IMG/VR virus record: IMGVR_UViG_3300005613_000020
Coordinates: 1-64,000 of that record
Length of the DNA: 64,000 nt
DNA from: a virus
Direction: 5' to 3' (one strand)
Within the stretch, counting starts at the first letter, position 1; every line of letters begins with the position of its first letter. This document shows positions 50,766 through 61,142 of the stretch, in pieces. The translations under genes were made by a program, and so were the position numbers. The notes beneath the pieces are model-generated. The model was given only the letters and a program-made list of their open reading frames with translations, ran no database searches and had not been told where the DNA came from.

Positions 50766-53700
50766 TTAATATAGATCCTTAGTAACCGCTCTGAAGTCCA
50801 CCGTTCTTGTGGCGGTAACATCGGAGCTACATTGTATTGTAAATTTAAGAGCATGGCTTATCATGTTAAATTCAAAGTTTGGATTTACATCACCAGCTCC
50901 TACGACATATTCAACCTTATCAATCAACCTATAATTACTACTATCAATCCTATTATATGCTTTTAGCGTTATAGTTCCGCCTTCTCCAGCAGTTTCCAGT
51001 TCTTCTAAATCAAAGTATATACTATAAGCATATTGGTCAGTCCTTGTAGCCGAAGTCGTGCTAATATCAGTTTCTGACGTATCGTTAGCCGTTGTCACAC
51101 TATGAGTACTTATCTGAGTTACAACCGAAAGTCTATCTTTAAGATCTTCTAGTCTTTCTAGAACAGAGCCATCATCATCAGACGAAATTCCGCTAGAATC
51201 ATATCCTGTAACAATAGTATCATACAAGTCGGGGGTTCCGTCAAACTCTACTCCTAACGCTGTACCAATAGCCGACATGGCCGACTCTAGCGTAGTTTGG
51301 CTTCCGCCGAACATTGCCGGATCAAAAGTATTTGCTCCATCACATCCAAGAACGGCACAAACCGCTTGTACTGCCCCATCAAGGCTAGTTATTGCACCAT
51401 TGCTAATATTAGTCCAGCCATCATAATCGTCCCCACCAACCAATGAGGTTAGGATTGCTCTAATCACCTCTGCTAAACTTACACCGTTAGCCGGGTCAGC
51501 AGCTGCCGGGAATGAAGCAATACCATTTGTACCCCTAAGGTCCTCAATTATACTTTCAAGTCTTTCTGGAATGGAACCATCATCATTCCTAGTAATATGG
51601 GAACTAGTCCATCCCTTGTTTAGTTTGCCATTTAACCAATCAAGTAGTGGTTGCTCGTAGATTAAAACAACATTATCAAAATGGAAATCCGTATTGGCAT
51701 CAAGGCTTCCAAAGTTTAATCTGTCGATAAGGGCTGGATTCCACCCACCGCCGGTTCCATCTGGGGTACTTCTGAAATCAACGGAATAATAAGCTGATAT
51801 AGCGCTTAGTTGAACATCCCAATATTTGTAATTGGTTGCATCGCTAACATCCTCCAATCTAACCTGGATGGTCGGAGTTCCCGTCGATGCCTTAGCTTGG
51901 AATACTACCGCGCTTATTTGGCCAAGTTCATAGGCATATCCAAATAGGTTTACATCAATACCTTTTCTAGCTTCACCGTCCCCCCCTGCTCCGACAGCAA
52001 CCTTCATTGAGGTTGTACCGTATAGTGGAGAACCCTGTTCTCTAGTTATTGCGGAATTTCCAGTGCCGTCTGTCCATACCGCCTGCAACGCGGCATCGTT
52101 AATATATGATTCGAAAGCATCAAAAACTAGTATATTTCTTGTCGGCATCGAATCTGGATATCTACGCAATTCACTATGAGACCCAAACATAGTTGGAATT
52201 TGGAATGTCTGTCCGGCAATAGTCACCACAGCGCTTTCAAGTTTATACCTAACCAGATCACCCTGCTCCCAACTTGCTGATGGGAATGTATAGCTATAAT
52301 GAGCATATCCATTGGCGACTGTCATGGCCTGCGACGATACAATGGCGTTCCAATCGGTATCAACACCCCTTCTGTATCTTTCAATGGTTATTGTTGCGCT
52401 GGTAATTTCTCCTGATTGAACAACATCGCTATCTGGCCTCATGTTTAGAACAGATAGTGTTGCAATCTGCATGCTCGAACCGTCAACATTGGGGGAAGGA
52501 TAACCAATAAATTCTGCCTTTATATAGGGCATGTCAAGAAGACTTCTTTGAGCAGTTGATCCATCAGCCCAAGTTTCCGCTGATCCATCACCAACAAGAG
52601 CCTTGTATAGGGTTGTTCCAGTTCCGTCTGCTTCAAACCCAGTTCCCCCACCAGCAACAATTTGCATCGCAGCCTTTTCAGCCTCGTCCCTTTCAAGCAT
52701 TGAACCATCAATATTCCCTACAACTGCACTTGAGTCATAAGCATTGTTGGCATTGTTATCCCCAATTATCCTCGCAACATCAAAAAGATTAAGGATTATA
52801 TAAGAAACCCCTGATGCAACCGCATTTGGGAATCCGGGTTCAAATGTTAGCATGTCCGTTCCGTCATCAAAGTCACATATAGGTCTGGCTAGACCAGCAT
52901 TTGCCCCATCAAGACAAACAAATACCGCGCCATTCCAATAATCATCTGCTTCCGTTCTTGAGGAATCAATAGCTGTGGTCGTAGTTCCTGCTCCATCAGT
53001 AGTTCCAGGAGTACCAAGAATTGATAGTATTCCCTCAAGTCGCTCTAGTACACTTCCATCATTGTTTGATACCACAGAACTTGAATCCATGGCGTTATTA
53101 GCATTGTTAGCACCAATTGCACCTAAAACGGATGCTGCCAAATCGGTAACATTTGCACCATCTGTACCAAGAGCCGTAACCAAACTTGGACTCCCATCAT
53201 CTTCTAAACCAGTTCCAGTACCAGCTGGAGTAGCCCCCAAAGCTCCTTGAAGACCCCTTAAGAGATTAACTATAGTTGTAGTAGCAGCTGTTAGGTCAGA
53301 ACTGTCATCTCGTTGTCCTACAACCGTATGTAAAGAATCATCAGGATCAGCAGGAGTCTGTCCAACGGTCTCCCTAATTGCCTTAAGATGTTCAACTAAT
53401 GTATCCGTAGATGCTGGAGCAGTATCCATTGCTGGAGCAGCATCATCCCTCTGGCCTGAAATTGTATGCAGTGAATCATCCGGGTCAGATGGTGTTGCGC
53501 CAACTCTCTCAAGGATTGCCTTTGCAATGGATTCTAGGGACCAGCTACCAGGAGCTTGGTCCATTGCCGGGATTGCATCGGTCTTATTTCCAATTACATC
53601 CTTAGCTGTATAATTTCTTGTACTGTCAGCATTAGGTGGTCCCCCAACTTCAAGAAATACTGCAATATCTGGTATCTCTTGTTCATGTAGAGTAGTTGCA

Positions 53701-55301
53701 TCAGTTACCTTGATATCTGAAACAACAACTTTGCAAAAGTCGCCTGGCAACCATTCTGCATTAGGGAAATCATAAGTTCCGATTACACATCCGTCAACAT
53801 CACTCATAGTAACATCTGAAATTCCTACATTTGTCCAATCAGAATCAGTACCTTCCCTAAATCTAAGAGTATCAACGGAATAATTAGTTATTTCAGCCGC
53901 CGTTGGTTCTACGTCCCTGAGATTGGTCAAAGAAATTCTAAATACCTCAATCCCTGTTCCAGCATTCATATCAACGCGGGGATTTTCGCACTTAGAAACT
54001 AGTGGTATAACCTCTTGCTCGTCAGCTTCAGTTGTCATCCTAGTAAAAAATACCGCAGTGCTTATGTCGGTTCTAACAGCTTCACAAATCGTATCAGCAA
54101 TATTGAAAGTATTAGAAAGATTGTTAGTTAATTGAATTGTTGTGGGATCTATAATCGATGCAATAGTATCCCACTCATCAGTACCAGCACCATCGCTTAG
54201 ATGGACGAGATTTCCTACAGTCCACTCACTTGAATCGTTAACCGTTACCAATTTTTGGCCTGATGCAGCTTGTACCGTAAACGCTTCAGAAGGTGTTCCA
54301 TCTGCTCTAATATATCCACCAGAGAATGTAATTTTCATTAAATCCCCAGCATCAAGGTTCGCAGGGGTTGGAGTATAAGAAGCATAAATAGTTCCTACTG
54401 ATTCGCTAGCAGCACTAGAACCAACAAGGCTTGAAGAAGTTCCATCCTTTTGTATCCTATCTATAGTGTAATTGCCAGGCTCAATCTCAACCGTAGTTGG
54501 AGGAGCGAAATCTGACAAAAGTTCTAATGCCCATGTGCATGGTTGATCATATCCAGCACTTGGCATTCCTTGCTTTACGTACTGCATAGTCTGGAATTCT
54601 AGTGACTTAACATCATCAATCAAACCATTTAACTTCGCATGAACAGAACCAACCTGTCCTACTCCTATTGCAGCTTCAGATCCGAAACCAACCATATCAA
54701 CTAGTGAATGTTCATACACAAATATGATGTCATCAACATAGAATGTTGTTGCATCTGCCAAGTTTTCAAATGCAATTGTATCTATTAGACTTGCATCAAA
54801 CGATGCTCCCTTAGTTATTGCTGGAAAACTTTCCGTGTTATCCGTATCTAAATCTATTACATAGTCAGTATACTTGCCAGTACCTACTGTAAGATCTATA
54901 TAAGCATAGTTATTTGATGAATCAGAAGCATCATATAATTTGAACCTGACTGTTTCATTTCCACTTGATCCTCCATGCATCATCTTAAGTGACACATATC
55001 TAAAAGACGGACGATCCCCGTCGCTTGGAAACATATGGCCAAATGTAGCAAAATCTATAGACCTATAAAGATCATCGCTTGCAGCTCCAGTAACTAGTTT
55101 AAGCGACTTTCCTCCACGCATGGGGGAAGTTGTCTCTAAAGTTACAGTTCCAGCCGTACTAGACCACACAGCCTGAATAGCTGTATTATCAGCATATCCT
55201 TCCATATTGTCAAAGAGTCTTCCACTAACACCTTGATTGATTGCCCTGATACCTCCCGGACGGTCGGTTGGCTGAAAAGCATAGCTCCATGTAAATTTCA
55301 T
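50766..55301 (-). CDS. 1511-aa acidic mosaic virion protein with duplicated domains
   Basis: Two CBM-like modules, two Ig-like modules, four DGSxxERxE repeats. Confidence 0.7.
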   Translation of the reverse strand: MKFTWSYAFQPTDRPGGIRAINQGVSGRLFDNMEGYADNTAIQAVWSSTAGTVTLETTSPMRGGKSLKLVTGAASDDLYRSIDFATFGHMFPSDGDRPSFRYVSLKMMHGGSSGNETVRFKLYDASDSSNNYAYIDLTVGTGKYTDYVIDLDTDNTESFPAITKGASFDASLIDTIAFENLADATTFYVDDIIFVYEHSLVDMVGFGSEAAIGVGQVGSVHAKLNGLIDDVKSLEFQTMQYVKQGMPSAGYDQPCTWALELLSDFAPPTTVEIEPGNYTIDRIQKDGTSSSLVGSSAASESVGTIYASYTPTPANLDAGDLMKITFSGGYIRADGTPSEAFTVQAASGQKLVTVNDSSEWTVGNLVHLSDGAGTDEWDTIASIIDPTTIQLTNNLSNTFNIADTICEAVRTDISTAVFFTRMTTEADEQEVIPLVSKCENPRVDMNAGTGIEVFRISLTNLRDVEPTAAEITNYSVDTLRFREGTDSDWTNVGISDVTMSDVDGCVIGTYDFPNAEWLPGDFCKVVVSDIKVTDATTLHEQEIPDIAVFLEVGGPPNADSTRNYTAKDVIGNKTDAIPAMDQAPGSWSLESIAKAILERVGATPSDPDDSLHTISGQRDDAAPAMDTAPASTDTLVEHLKAIRETVGQTPADPDDSLHTVVGQRDDSSDLTAATTTIVNLLRGLQGALGATPAGTGTGLEDDGSPSLVTALGTDGANVTDLAASVLGAIGANNANNAMDSSSVVSNNDGSVLERLEGILSILGTPGTTDGAGTTTTAIDSSRTEADDYWNGAVFVCLDGANAGLARPICDFDDGTDMLTFEPGFPNAVASGVSYIILNLFDVARIIGDNNANNAYDSSAVVGNIDGSMLERDEAEKAAMQIVAGGGTGFEADGTGTTLYKALVGDGSAETWADGSTAQRSLLDMPYIKAEFIGYPSPNVDGSSMQIATLSVLNMRPDSDVVQSGEITSATITIERYRRGVDTDWNAIVSSQAMTVANGYAHYSYTFPSASWEQGDLVRYKLESAVVTIAGQTFQIPTMFGSHSELRRYPDSMPTRNILVFDAFESYINDAALQAVWTDGTGNSAITREQGSPLYGTTSMKVAVGAGGDGEARKGIDVNLFGYAYELGQISAVVFQAKASTGTPTIQVRLEDVSDATNYKYWDVQLSAISAYYSVDFRSTPDGTGGGWNPALIDRLNFGSLDANTDFHFDNVVLIYEQPLLDWLNGKLNKGWTSSHITRNDDGSIPERLESIIEDLRGTNGIASFPAAADPANGVSLAEVIRAILTSLVGGDDYDGWTNISNGAITSLDGAVQAVCAVLGCDGANTFDPAMFGGSQTTLESAMSAIGTALGVEFDGTPDLYDTIVTGYDSSGISSDDDGSVLERLEDLKDRLSVVTQISTHSVTTANDTSETDISTTSATRTDQYAYSIYFDLEELETAGEGGTITLKAYNRIDSSNYRLIDKVEYVVGAGDVNPNFEFNMISHALKFTIQCSSDVTATRTVDFRAVTKDLY

Positions 55302-55336
55302 TGTTTCCTCCTACTTTATAGGATCTTCTACTATTA

Positions 55337-55939
55337 TTATCCTAGTTTTGTTACACTTGCAATAGTATGTTCATTTCCAGAATCTATATCTCTGTCACTA
55401 CCGTGATCATGCCTTACATAAAACGACACGTATTGAGAACTTGTTAAATAGCACACCATTGATGCCTGTACAGTTGGTGCATATGTACCAGGAACCATCA
55501 GAGTTGATCTTACAAGAACTGCACTACCTGCTTTTATTATAGCTTGACATTCATCTCCATCAGATAGAGTTTCCGCAAACCTCACTATAAGCTGAACAAG
55601 ATAATACCCATTCTCTGGTACATCAAATGTATTAGAAGCAAAATCGTTACCTACATCATAAAACTCTGTATCAAATGGTATTTGGCGATCTGATCCAGAA
55701 ACAGCCGTAAAATCTGTGGATAAATATACTCTACATCCAACACCTAAACTAGGAGATACAGATGACCATGTGCCGTCATCCTTCAGATAATTTCCTACGT
55801 TAGTTCCCTTTGGAACAAGGCCATGGAGAGAAGTAGAAAAATCTAAATCCGTAGTATCATCAGGAGCGGCTAAATTATCTAATTTTACATCTTCAATCTT
55901 CTGCTGAGAATCACTTCTTACTGGATATTCAACTGCCAT
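55337..55939 (-). CDS. C1q/TNF-like head fibre protein
   Basis: IPFDTEFYDVGNDF...FDVPENGYY. Confidence 0.7.
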   Translation of the reverse strand: MAVEYPVRSDSQQKIEDVKLDNLAAPDDTTDLDFSTSLHGLVPKGTNVGNYLKDDGTWSSVSPSLGVGCRVYLSTDFTAVSGSDRQIPFDTEFYDVGNDFASNTFDVPENGYYLVQLIVRFAETLSDGDECQAIIKAGSAVLVRSTLMVPGTYAPTVQASMVCYLTSSQYVSFYVRHDHGSDRDIDSGNEHTIASVTKLG

Positions 55940-58900
55940 TATCCTTTCACCTCCGTCATTTCAACCCTGGCAACCCATCTAATAGTCTTTCCTACTTCGC
56001 CAGTTACCTTTATCTCAAGCCTATCATTCGCATCACTAACTGTTACATTAGCATCCCATGCTGCTGTATCCTCTGCTACAACATCTTTAACTACATCTCC
56101 AACTAATGCGCTTGTTCCAGCATTGTTATCTGCACAACATCGGAAATAATACATAGCACTCTCATTATCGGAATCAGTTCTTCTAGCTACAATAGTTATT
56201 ACAAATGCGTAACTTACATCACTCTGTAAATCAATATATTGACTTTCTCCTGCTCCATTTAGTGCAAGTTCCTTTACATCTGCATTAGTTGTCTGAATAC
56301 GGGCAATGCATACCGAAGTCTGTGCATCACCAGCTTCCGAGAAGTACCCAGAAGCTCGTGCATTCTGTCCGTACACGCTAGTCTTTGCTCTACTTCCAAT
56401 CGCAGAAGCGTATGAATCCAAAGCAGAACATTGATAACCAGCTGCAAAAGACCCAGACCCAGAAGCCGTATTTTCTGTTCCAAGAACAGCTGCACCCGTA
56501 GCTGATGCTGTATTTTGGTTTCCAGCTGCAAAACAGCTATCTCCAGTTGCTTGCAGATTTTGTCCTAGTGCAACTGACCCGTTATTAGTTGCATCGCTAT
56601 CTACTCCTATCGCTAAACTGTATGAACCGCTTGCTTTAACGTTCCACCCAAAAGCATTCGAGTAGTCCCCCATATTGGCGTTATCCCAATCAGTACCAGA
56701 TACCTTACCAGCCCTAAAAGCTGCCTTTCCTTCATCAAACAAAAATCTTGAATCGTGGTCTGCATCCCCATCGTCGTCTAGTTGGGGAGAGCCAAATACA
56801 AAATCCTCATCGTATCCTGCTGTTCCTGTATCCTGTTGCACAACTGAACTTGACTCTTCAAAAGCCCCTCCACCAGCTACTGGGGTATCCCATGTACCAT
56901 CGTCTTTAAGGAACTTGCCTGTATTAGTCCCCTTTGGGCATAGCCCATGGGCTGATGTACTAAAGTCCAAATCTGTATTATCATCTGGAGTAGCAAGATC
57001 GTCAAGTTTTATTGCATCTCCGCCGCCAGATTGGTGGCTCGTATTATGAGCCTGCGGAGCATTAGAACCTGTAACATCGGCTCCGTCTGCTACGTTTATA
57101 TCTGATCTTACTTGTGCCGCAGTTCTTCCTTCAATACCGTTGGCCGTAAACCTAGCATATTCATCATCAGCCGCCGCAGAGTCATCTACTGTAACTAAGT
57201 GATTATCCGTAATTCCATGTTGTATTTGATGGGCATGATCGGCGCGAGCTAACGAATGTGATGATCCTTCACCAGCCGCTTGTACTCCTGCAATTTCAGA
57301 AGCCGCAGCACAGTCAAGTGCATCACCTCCATCCTCTGGATCATGAGAATCCTTATGGGATTGCGGAGCATGATTTTGCACTTGGGCTTTCGTAGATCCT
57401 TCGAGAAGATCAGAATCATCAGCCATATCACATTGCCCATTATCACCTGTGTCGTAGGTTGATTTTAACATATCACCAGCACCAGAAGCCGCCCAAGTAC
57501 CGTCGTCCTTCAGGAAGTTTCCAACATTTGTACCCTTTGGAACTAATCCATGCTTTGTTGTGCTAAAATCTAGGTCTGTATTATCATCAGGTTCAGCTAG
57601 ATCATCAAGTTTTATTGAGTCTCCTCCTCCAGACTGATGGCTAGTATTATGGGATTGAGGAGCATTATCTCCGGTAACGTCTGCACCGTCAGCAACATTT
57701 ATGTCTAACCTAACTTGAGCCGCTGTTCTTCCCTCAAGACCGTTAGCTGTAAATCTAGCATATTCATCGTCTGCTGCTGAAGCATCGTCTACAGTTACTA
57801 TATGGTTATCAGTAATTCCGTGCTGAATTTGGTGTGCATGGTCAGCTCTTGCTAGTGAGTGGGATGTACCTATACCAGCTGACTGAACACCGGCAATTTC
57901 AGACGCAGCTGCTGTATCAAGAGCATCTCCACCGTCTTCTGGATCATGGCTATCTTTATGAGCTTGGGGTGAATTATCTCCAGTTACGTCAGCTCCAGGA
58001 TCTATTCCGTCCAATTTTGTTATTTGAGAAGATGTTGCTAATCCTTTTTGGCTATCCGTTGCATCTTGGATATCATCTGTACCATCAGTGTGATTTGACG
58101 CATGATTATCTGGTGGCCTTGAATCACCGCTGTCGTCAAGAGTAGCATCTGAAATTATAGCGTTTATGTCTGCCAAGGTATCAGATCCATGAGCACCCAA
58201 AACATGCGATTTCGGCGTATGGTCCTGAACCTGAGCCTTTGTCGAACCTTCTAAAAGATCAGAGTCATCGGCATTATCGCATTGACCGTTATCTCCTGTA
58301 TCATAGACTGATTTCAACATATCACCAGCACCAGAAGCACCCCAAGTTCCATCATCTTTTAAGAAATTTCCAATATTAGTTCCTTTTGGGACCAAACCGT
58401 GCTTTGTTGTACTGAAATCCAAATCTGTGTTATCATCTGGTTCAGCTAGGTCGTCAAGTTTTATGGAATCTGCTCCTCCTGATTGGTGAGAAGATGCGTG
58501 CGATTTTGGATCATTGTCCGCAGTAACATCGGCACCAGGATCTATTCCGTCCAATTTTGTTATTTGTGCCGCCGTAGCTAACCCCTTCTGGCTATCTGAT
58601 GCATCCTGTATATCATCGGTTCCATCCGTATGGTCCGAAGCATGCGCAGTAGGTGGTCTTGAATCTCCACTATCATCAAGAGTAGCATCCGAAACAATTG
58701 TATTCAAATCTGCCAAAGTATCAGCCCCGTGAGAACCTAAAACATGCGATTTTGGAGTATGGTCTTGAACTTGGGCTTTTGTTGATCCATCTAGCAACGC
58801 GGAATCATCAGCCCCGTCAACAACTCCATCATCATTGGTATCATATGCCGCTTTTGTCATATCTCCAACGCCAGCAGGGCTTGACTCAAATTTATTTGCA

Positions 58901-59127
58901 CTTGAGTTATAAATTATACCTTCACCGTCGGAAATACCAGTAAGATCTAAGTCATATCCTCCCAATTGACCATCAGATGAAACTCCTGTCATAGCTTTTA
59001 ACTGAGCACCAGATTCCATCCAAAATTGCAAGCAGTGTGGACATTGATAGTATCTTCCCCCTCTATCGTCTTCTTGCAAAACTAGCGTGTTGTTTACGGT
59101 GTTTGGGCATATTTTACATTTTGGCAT
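55939..59127 (-). CDS. repeat-rich fibre protein with YadA-like head repeats
   Basis: Long internal duplications; ASGxxSxAxG repeats; N-terminal CxxC...CxxC. Confidence 0.75.
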   Translation of the reverse strand: MPKCKICPNTVNNTLVLQEDDRGGRYYQCPHCLQFWMESGAQLKAMTGVSSDGQLGGYDLDLTGISDGEGIIYNSSANKFESSPAGVGDMTKAAYDTNDDGVVDGADDSALLDGSTKAQVQDHTPKSHVLGSHGADTLADLNTIVSDATLDDSGDSRPPTAHASDHTDGTDDIQDASDSQKGLATAAQITKLDGIDPGADVTADNDPKSHASSHQSGGADSIKLDDLAEPDDNTDLDFSTTKHGLVPKGTNIGNFLKDDGTWGASGAGDMLKSVYDTGDNGQCDNADDSDLLEGSTKAQVQDHTPKSHVLGAHGSDTLADINAIISDATLDDSGDSRPPDNHASNHTDGTDDIQDATDSQKGLATSSQITKLDGIDPGADVTGDNSPQAHKDSHDPEDGGDALDTAAASEIAGVQSAGIGTSHSLARADHAHQIQHGITDNHIVTVDDASAADDEYARFTANGLEGRTAAQVRLDINVADGADVTGDNAPQSHNTSHQSGGGDSIKLDDLAEPDDNTDLDFSTTKHGLVPKGTNVGNFLKDDGTWAASGAGDMLKSTYDTGDNGQCDMADDSDLLEGSTKAQVQNHAPQSHKDSHDPEDGGDALDCAAASEIAGVQAAGEGSSHSLARADHAHQIQHGITDNHLVTVDDSAAADDEYARFTANGIEGRTAAQVRSDINVADGADVTGSNAPQAHNTSHQSGGGDAIKLDDLATPDDNTDLDFSTSAHGLCPKGTNTGKFLKDDGTWDTPVAGGGAFEESSSVVQQDTGTAGYDEDFVFGSPQLDDDGDADHDSRFLFDEGKAAFRAGKVSGTDWDNANMGDYSNAFGWNVKASGSYSLAIGVDSDATNNGSVALGQNLQATGDSCFAAGNQNTASATGAAVLGTENTASGSGSFAAGYQCSALDSYASAIGSRAKTSVYGQNARASGYFSEAGDAQTSVCIARIQTTNADVKELALNGAGESQYIDLQSDVSYAFVITIVARRTDSDNESAMYYFRCCADNNAGTSALVGDVVKDVVAEDTAAWDANVTVSDANDRLEIKVTGEVGKTIRWVARVEMTEVKG

Positions 59128-59139
59128 AATTAACCTCCA

Positions 59140-59346
59140 CTAAATAATAAGTGATGCTACAATAGCTATAACTAAAGGTACCATTACATACATAACTCCC
59201 TTAGTCCAAGCTCTAGCTGAGCTTACTTCCTCATATACAGTCTCTAATCCACCCATAACATCTTGGACATCATCCTTCAAATGCTCAAAATGATTTCCTA
59301 GAAAATTATCAAATTCTTCCTTTGTCAAAAACTCCTTATCATCCAT
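59140..59346 (-). CDS. small coiled-coil + C-terminal TM protein (holin-like?)
   Basis: NHFEHL motif, terminal TM helix. Confidence 0.45.
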   Translation of the reverse strand: MDDKEFLTKEEFDNFLGNHFEHLKDDVQDVMGGLETVYEEVSSARAWTKGVMYVMVPLVIAIVASLII

Positions 59347-59354
59347 TCTATCAC

Positions 59355-61142
59355 CTACTTCTTCTTATTTACTAAAACCTTTGTAGGAGTCGGTGCAGGA
59401 CTTGTCACCTCGGAAAATCCCTTCGGTGTCTTTAGTTTTTCCCTGTAAACTCTTTCATCTATAGTTGGCTTAGGCGCTGGCTTTGTGAGCCTTGCATACC
59501 CCCCGGGGGTTTTTAATTGTTCTGTGGTTTTGTTTTTGTGTTCCGGTGTTACCCATCTATGCGTAAGTTCACACCATACCAATCCTTGTCTTGGTGGTGA
59601 ACCCGGAGCCTGCTTTTCAAGCTCTTCCTTAGCTATCTTTACGTATTTTTCAATATTCTTTTCATTCTCATCATTCATACGCTGCAATGGAGATCCCATT
59701 GCAGTTCTAAGTTTTCCTTGCATTGGAGCATTATAAGTTCTTCTCGTACGAGGAACCTGCATTCTTGGCTTTACCCCCATTCTAGGCATTGCACCAGGCA
59801 TTTTTTGGCGATATCCACCTGGAGGACCTTGCTTTTTCATTCCAATAACTCTCTTCAATTCATCAAGAGAACTCTCGTTTTCTTTACACTCAGCTTTACT
59901 TGTACTAGGACTAGCTTTTGTTAGACGTTGAATAATTTCTCTAGCCTCTTTCTTACTAGGCCCTCCCATTACTAATGCCCCAGCATCGGAATAACTTAGG
60001 GTCTTTCTAGCAACATTTAGTTGATGTCTTTCTGGAACTGAAAGCTTCTTACTTGGCCTTGCAGCCATAAGCTTACTATCAATATTATCTTGCGTACTAT
60101 CTGCTAATTTACTGTGTCTCCATCTTCTTGTCTCCTCATGCCACTCCGCACCAGCAAAGGGGGGAGGTCCAGGAGGACCCGACTTCTTTATGTCTTCCGT
60201 TCGATACTTAATTGATCCACAATACGCTTTAGGGTCTCTCTTATCCCTACTTCGTCTAACGCACTCGTCAAAGTCTTGATAGCCTGCAAATGGCTTCTTT
60301 ATTTCAAGTTCTTTATTTTCCTTCTTAATTTTCCTGTAGGAATTCATCAAAGAACCAATTGCCAATGCAGCCAATGGACCAATCTTTTCAACCTCTTTCT
60401 TATCTGGAATGCAATTTTTATTTTTGTCCTCATTCTCAACTCGCTCAATTCTATGAATATTCATCCACTGAGGACGCTTTCTAATTCCACCTTCCCCCTC
60501 TTCCTTCGGCATATGACCAACCGTTACTGTTTTGTCTGCGTCATACATCTTATTTGCCATTTTTCTTACCTCGCTAGTATCTCTCCTCCCTTTACTCGGA
60601 GTATGACTTGAATCATGTCTAGATATGCTATTGTCTAGATCTCTTTTTGCGTCTATTAGCCATCTCATCAAACTACCTTGTGCATGAGGAAATTTTGGAT
60701 TTATTTCTCTAGGAACTAAACCTATCTTCGTTCCTAAATGATTAGCAAGCTTTTTAGCTTCATCTAAGTCATCGTATGAAGCTCTCCCAGGTTTTGAGCT
60801 ATTAAGCTTAGTAACGTGTTTCTTAGCTCCACTTACACTTTGGTGAATTACCTCATGATTAAGCTGTTCGCTAGGATTCAGTTTGCTATAATCCCGATGT
60901 CTCCACCTTCTTGTTTCTTCATGCCACTCGGCACCAGCAAAGGGGGGAGGTCCAGGAGGACCCGACTTACTAAATTCCTTATATCTCCTAAGAATCTTAT
61001 CCTTTGATAATCCAGTTCCTCTTGGAGGAAGATCTGAAGTTCCAAATTTACTTTTGTGTCGTTCTGATCTTTCTTCTTCAGTTCTAGGATTTCTAAATCT
61101 AGGAATATTATCGTTCATCTTAACACCCCCAGAAGTTTCCAT
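59355..61142 (-). CDS. basic low-complexity modular protein with repeated KSGPPGPPPFAGAEWHEETRRWRH
   Basis: Two identical peptide copies plus a diverged third. Confidence 0.65.
   Translation of the reverse strand: METSGGVKMNDNIPRFRNPRTEEERSERHKSKFGTSDLPPRGTGLSKDKILRRYKEFSKSGPPGPPPFAGAEWHEETRRWRHRDYSKLNPSEQLNHEVIHQSVSGAKKHVTKLNSSKPGRASYDDLDEAKKLANHLGTKIGLVPREINPKFPHAQGSLMRWLIDAKRDLDNSISRHDSSHTPSKGRRDTSEVRKMANKMYDADKTVTVGHMPKEEGEGGIRKRPQWMNIHRIERVENEDKNKNCIPDKKEVEKIGPLAALAIGSLMNSYRKIKKENKELEIKKPFAGYQDFDECVRRSRDKRDPKAYCGSIKYRTEDIKKSGPPGPPPFAGAEWHEETRRWRHSKLADSTQDNIDSKLMAARPSKKLSVPERHQLNVARKTLSYSDAGALVMGGPSKKEAREIIQRLTKASPSTSKAECKENESSLDELKRVIGMKKQGPPGGYRQKMPGAMPRMGVKPRMQVPRTRRTYNAPMQGKLRTAMGSPLQRMNDENEKNIEKYVKIAKEELEKQAPGSPPRQGLVWCELTHRWVTPEHKNKTTEQLKTPGGYARLTKPAPKPTIDERVYREKLKTPKGFSEVTSPAPTPTKVLVNKKK
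60115..60968. repeat. 71-bp intragenic direct repeat (60115-60185 / 60898-60968)
   Basis: 4 mismatches, all synonymous. Confidence 0.9.

Noticed and set aside
60115-60968. 71-bp repeat as a DGR template/variable pair
   Set aside because: Mismatches are synonymous and not adenine-directed, both copies are in one ORF, and no reverse transcriptase is present in the window.
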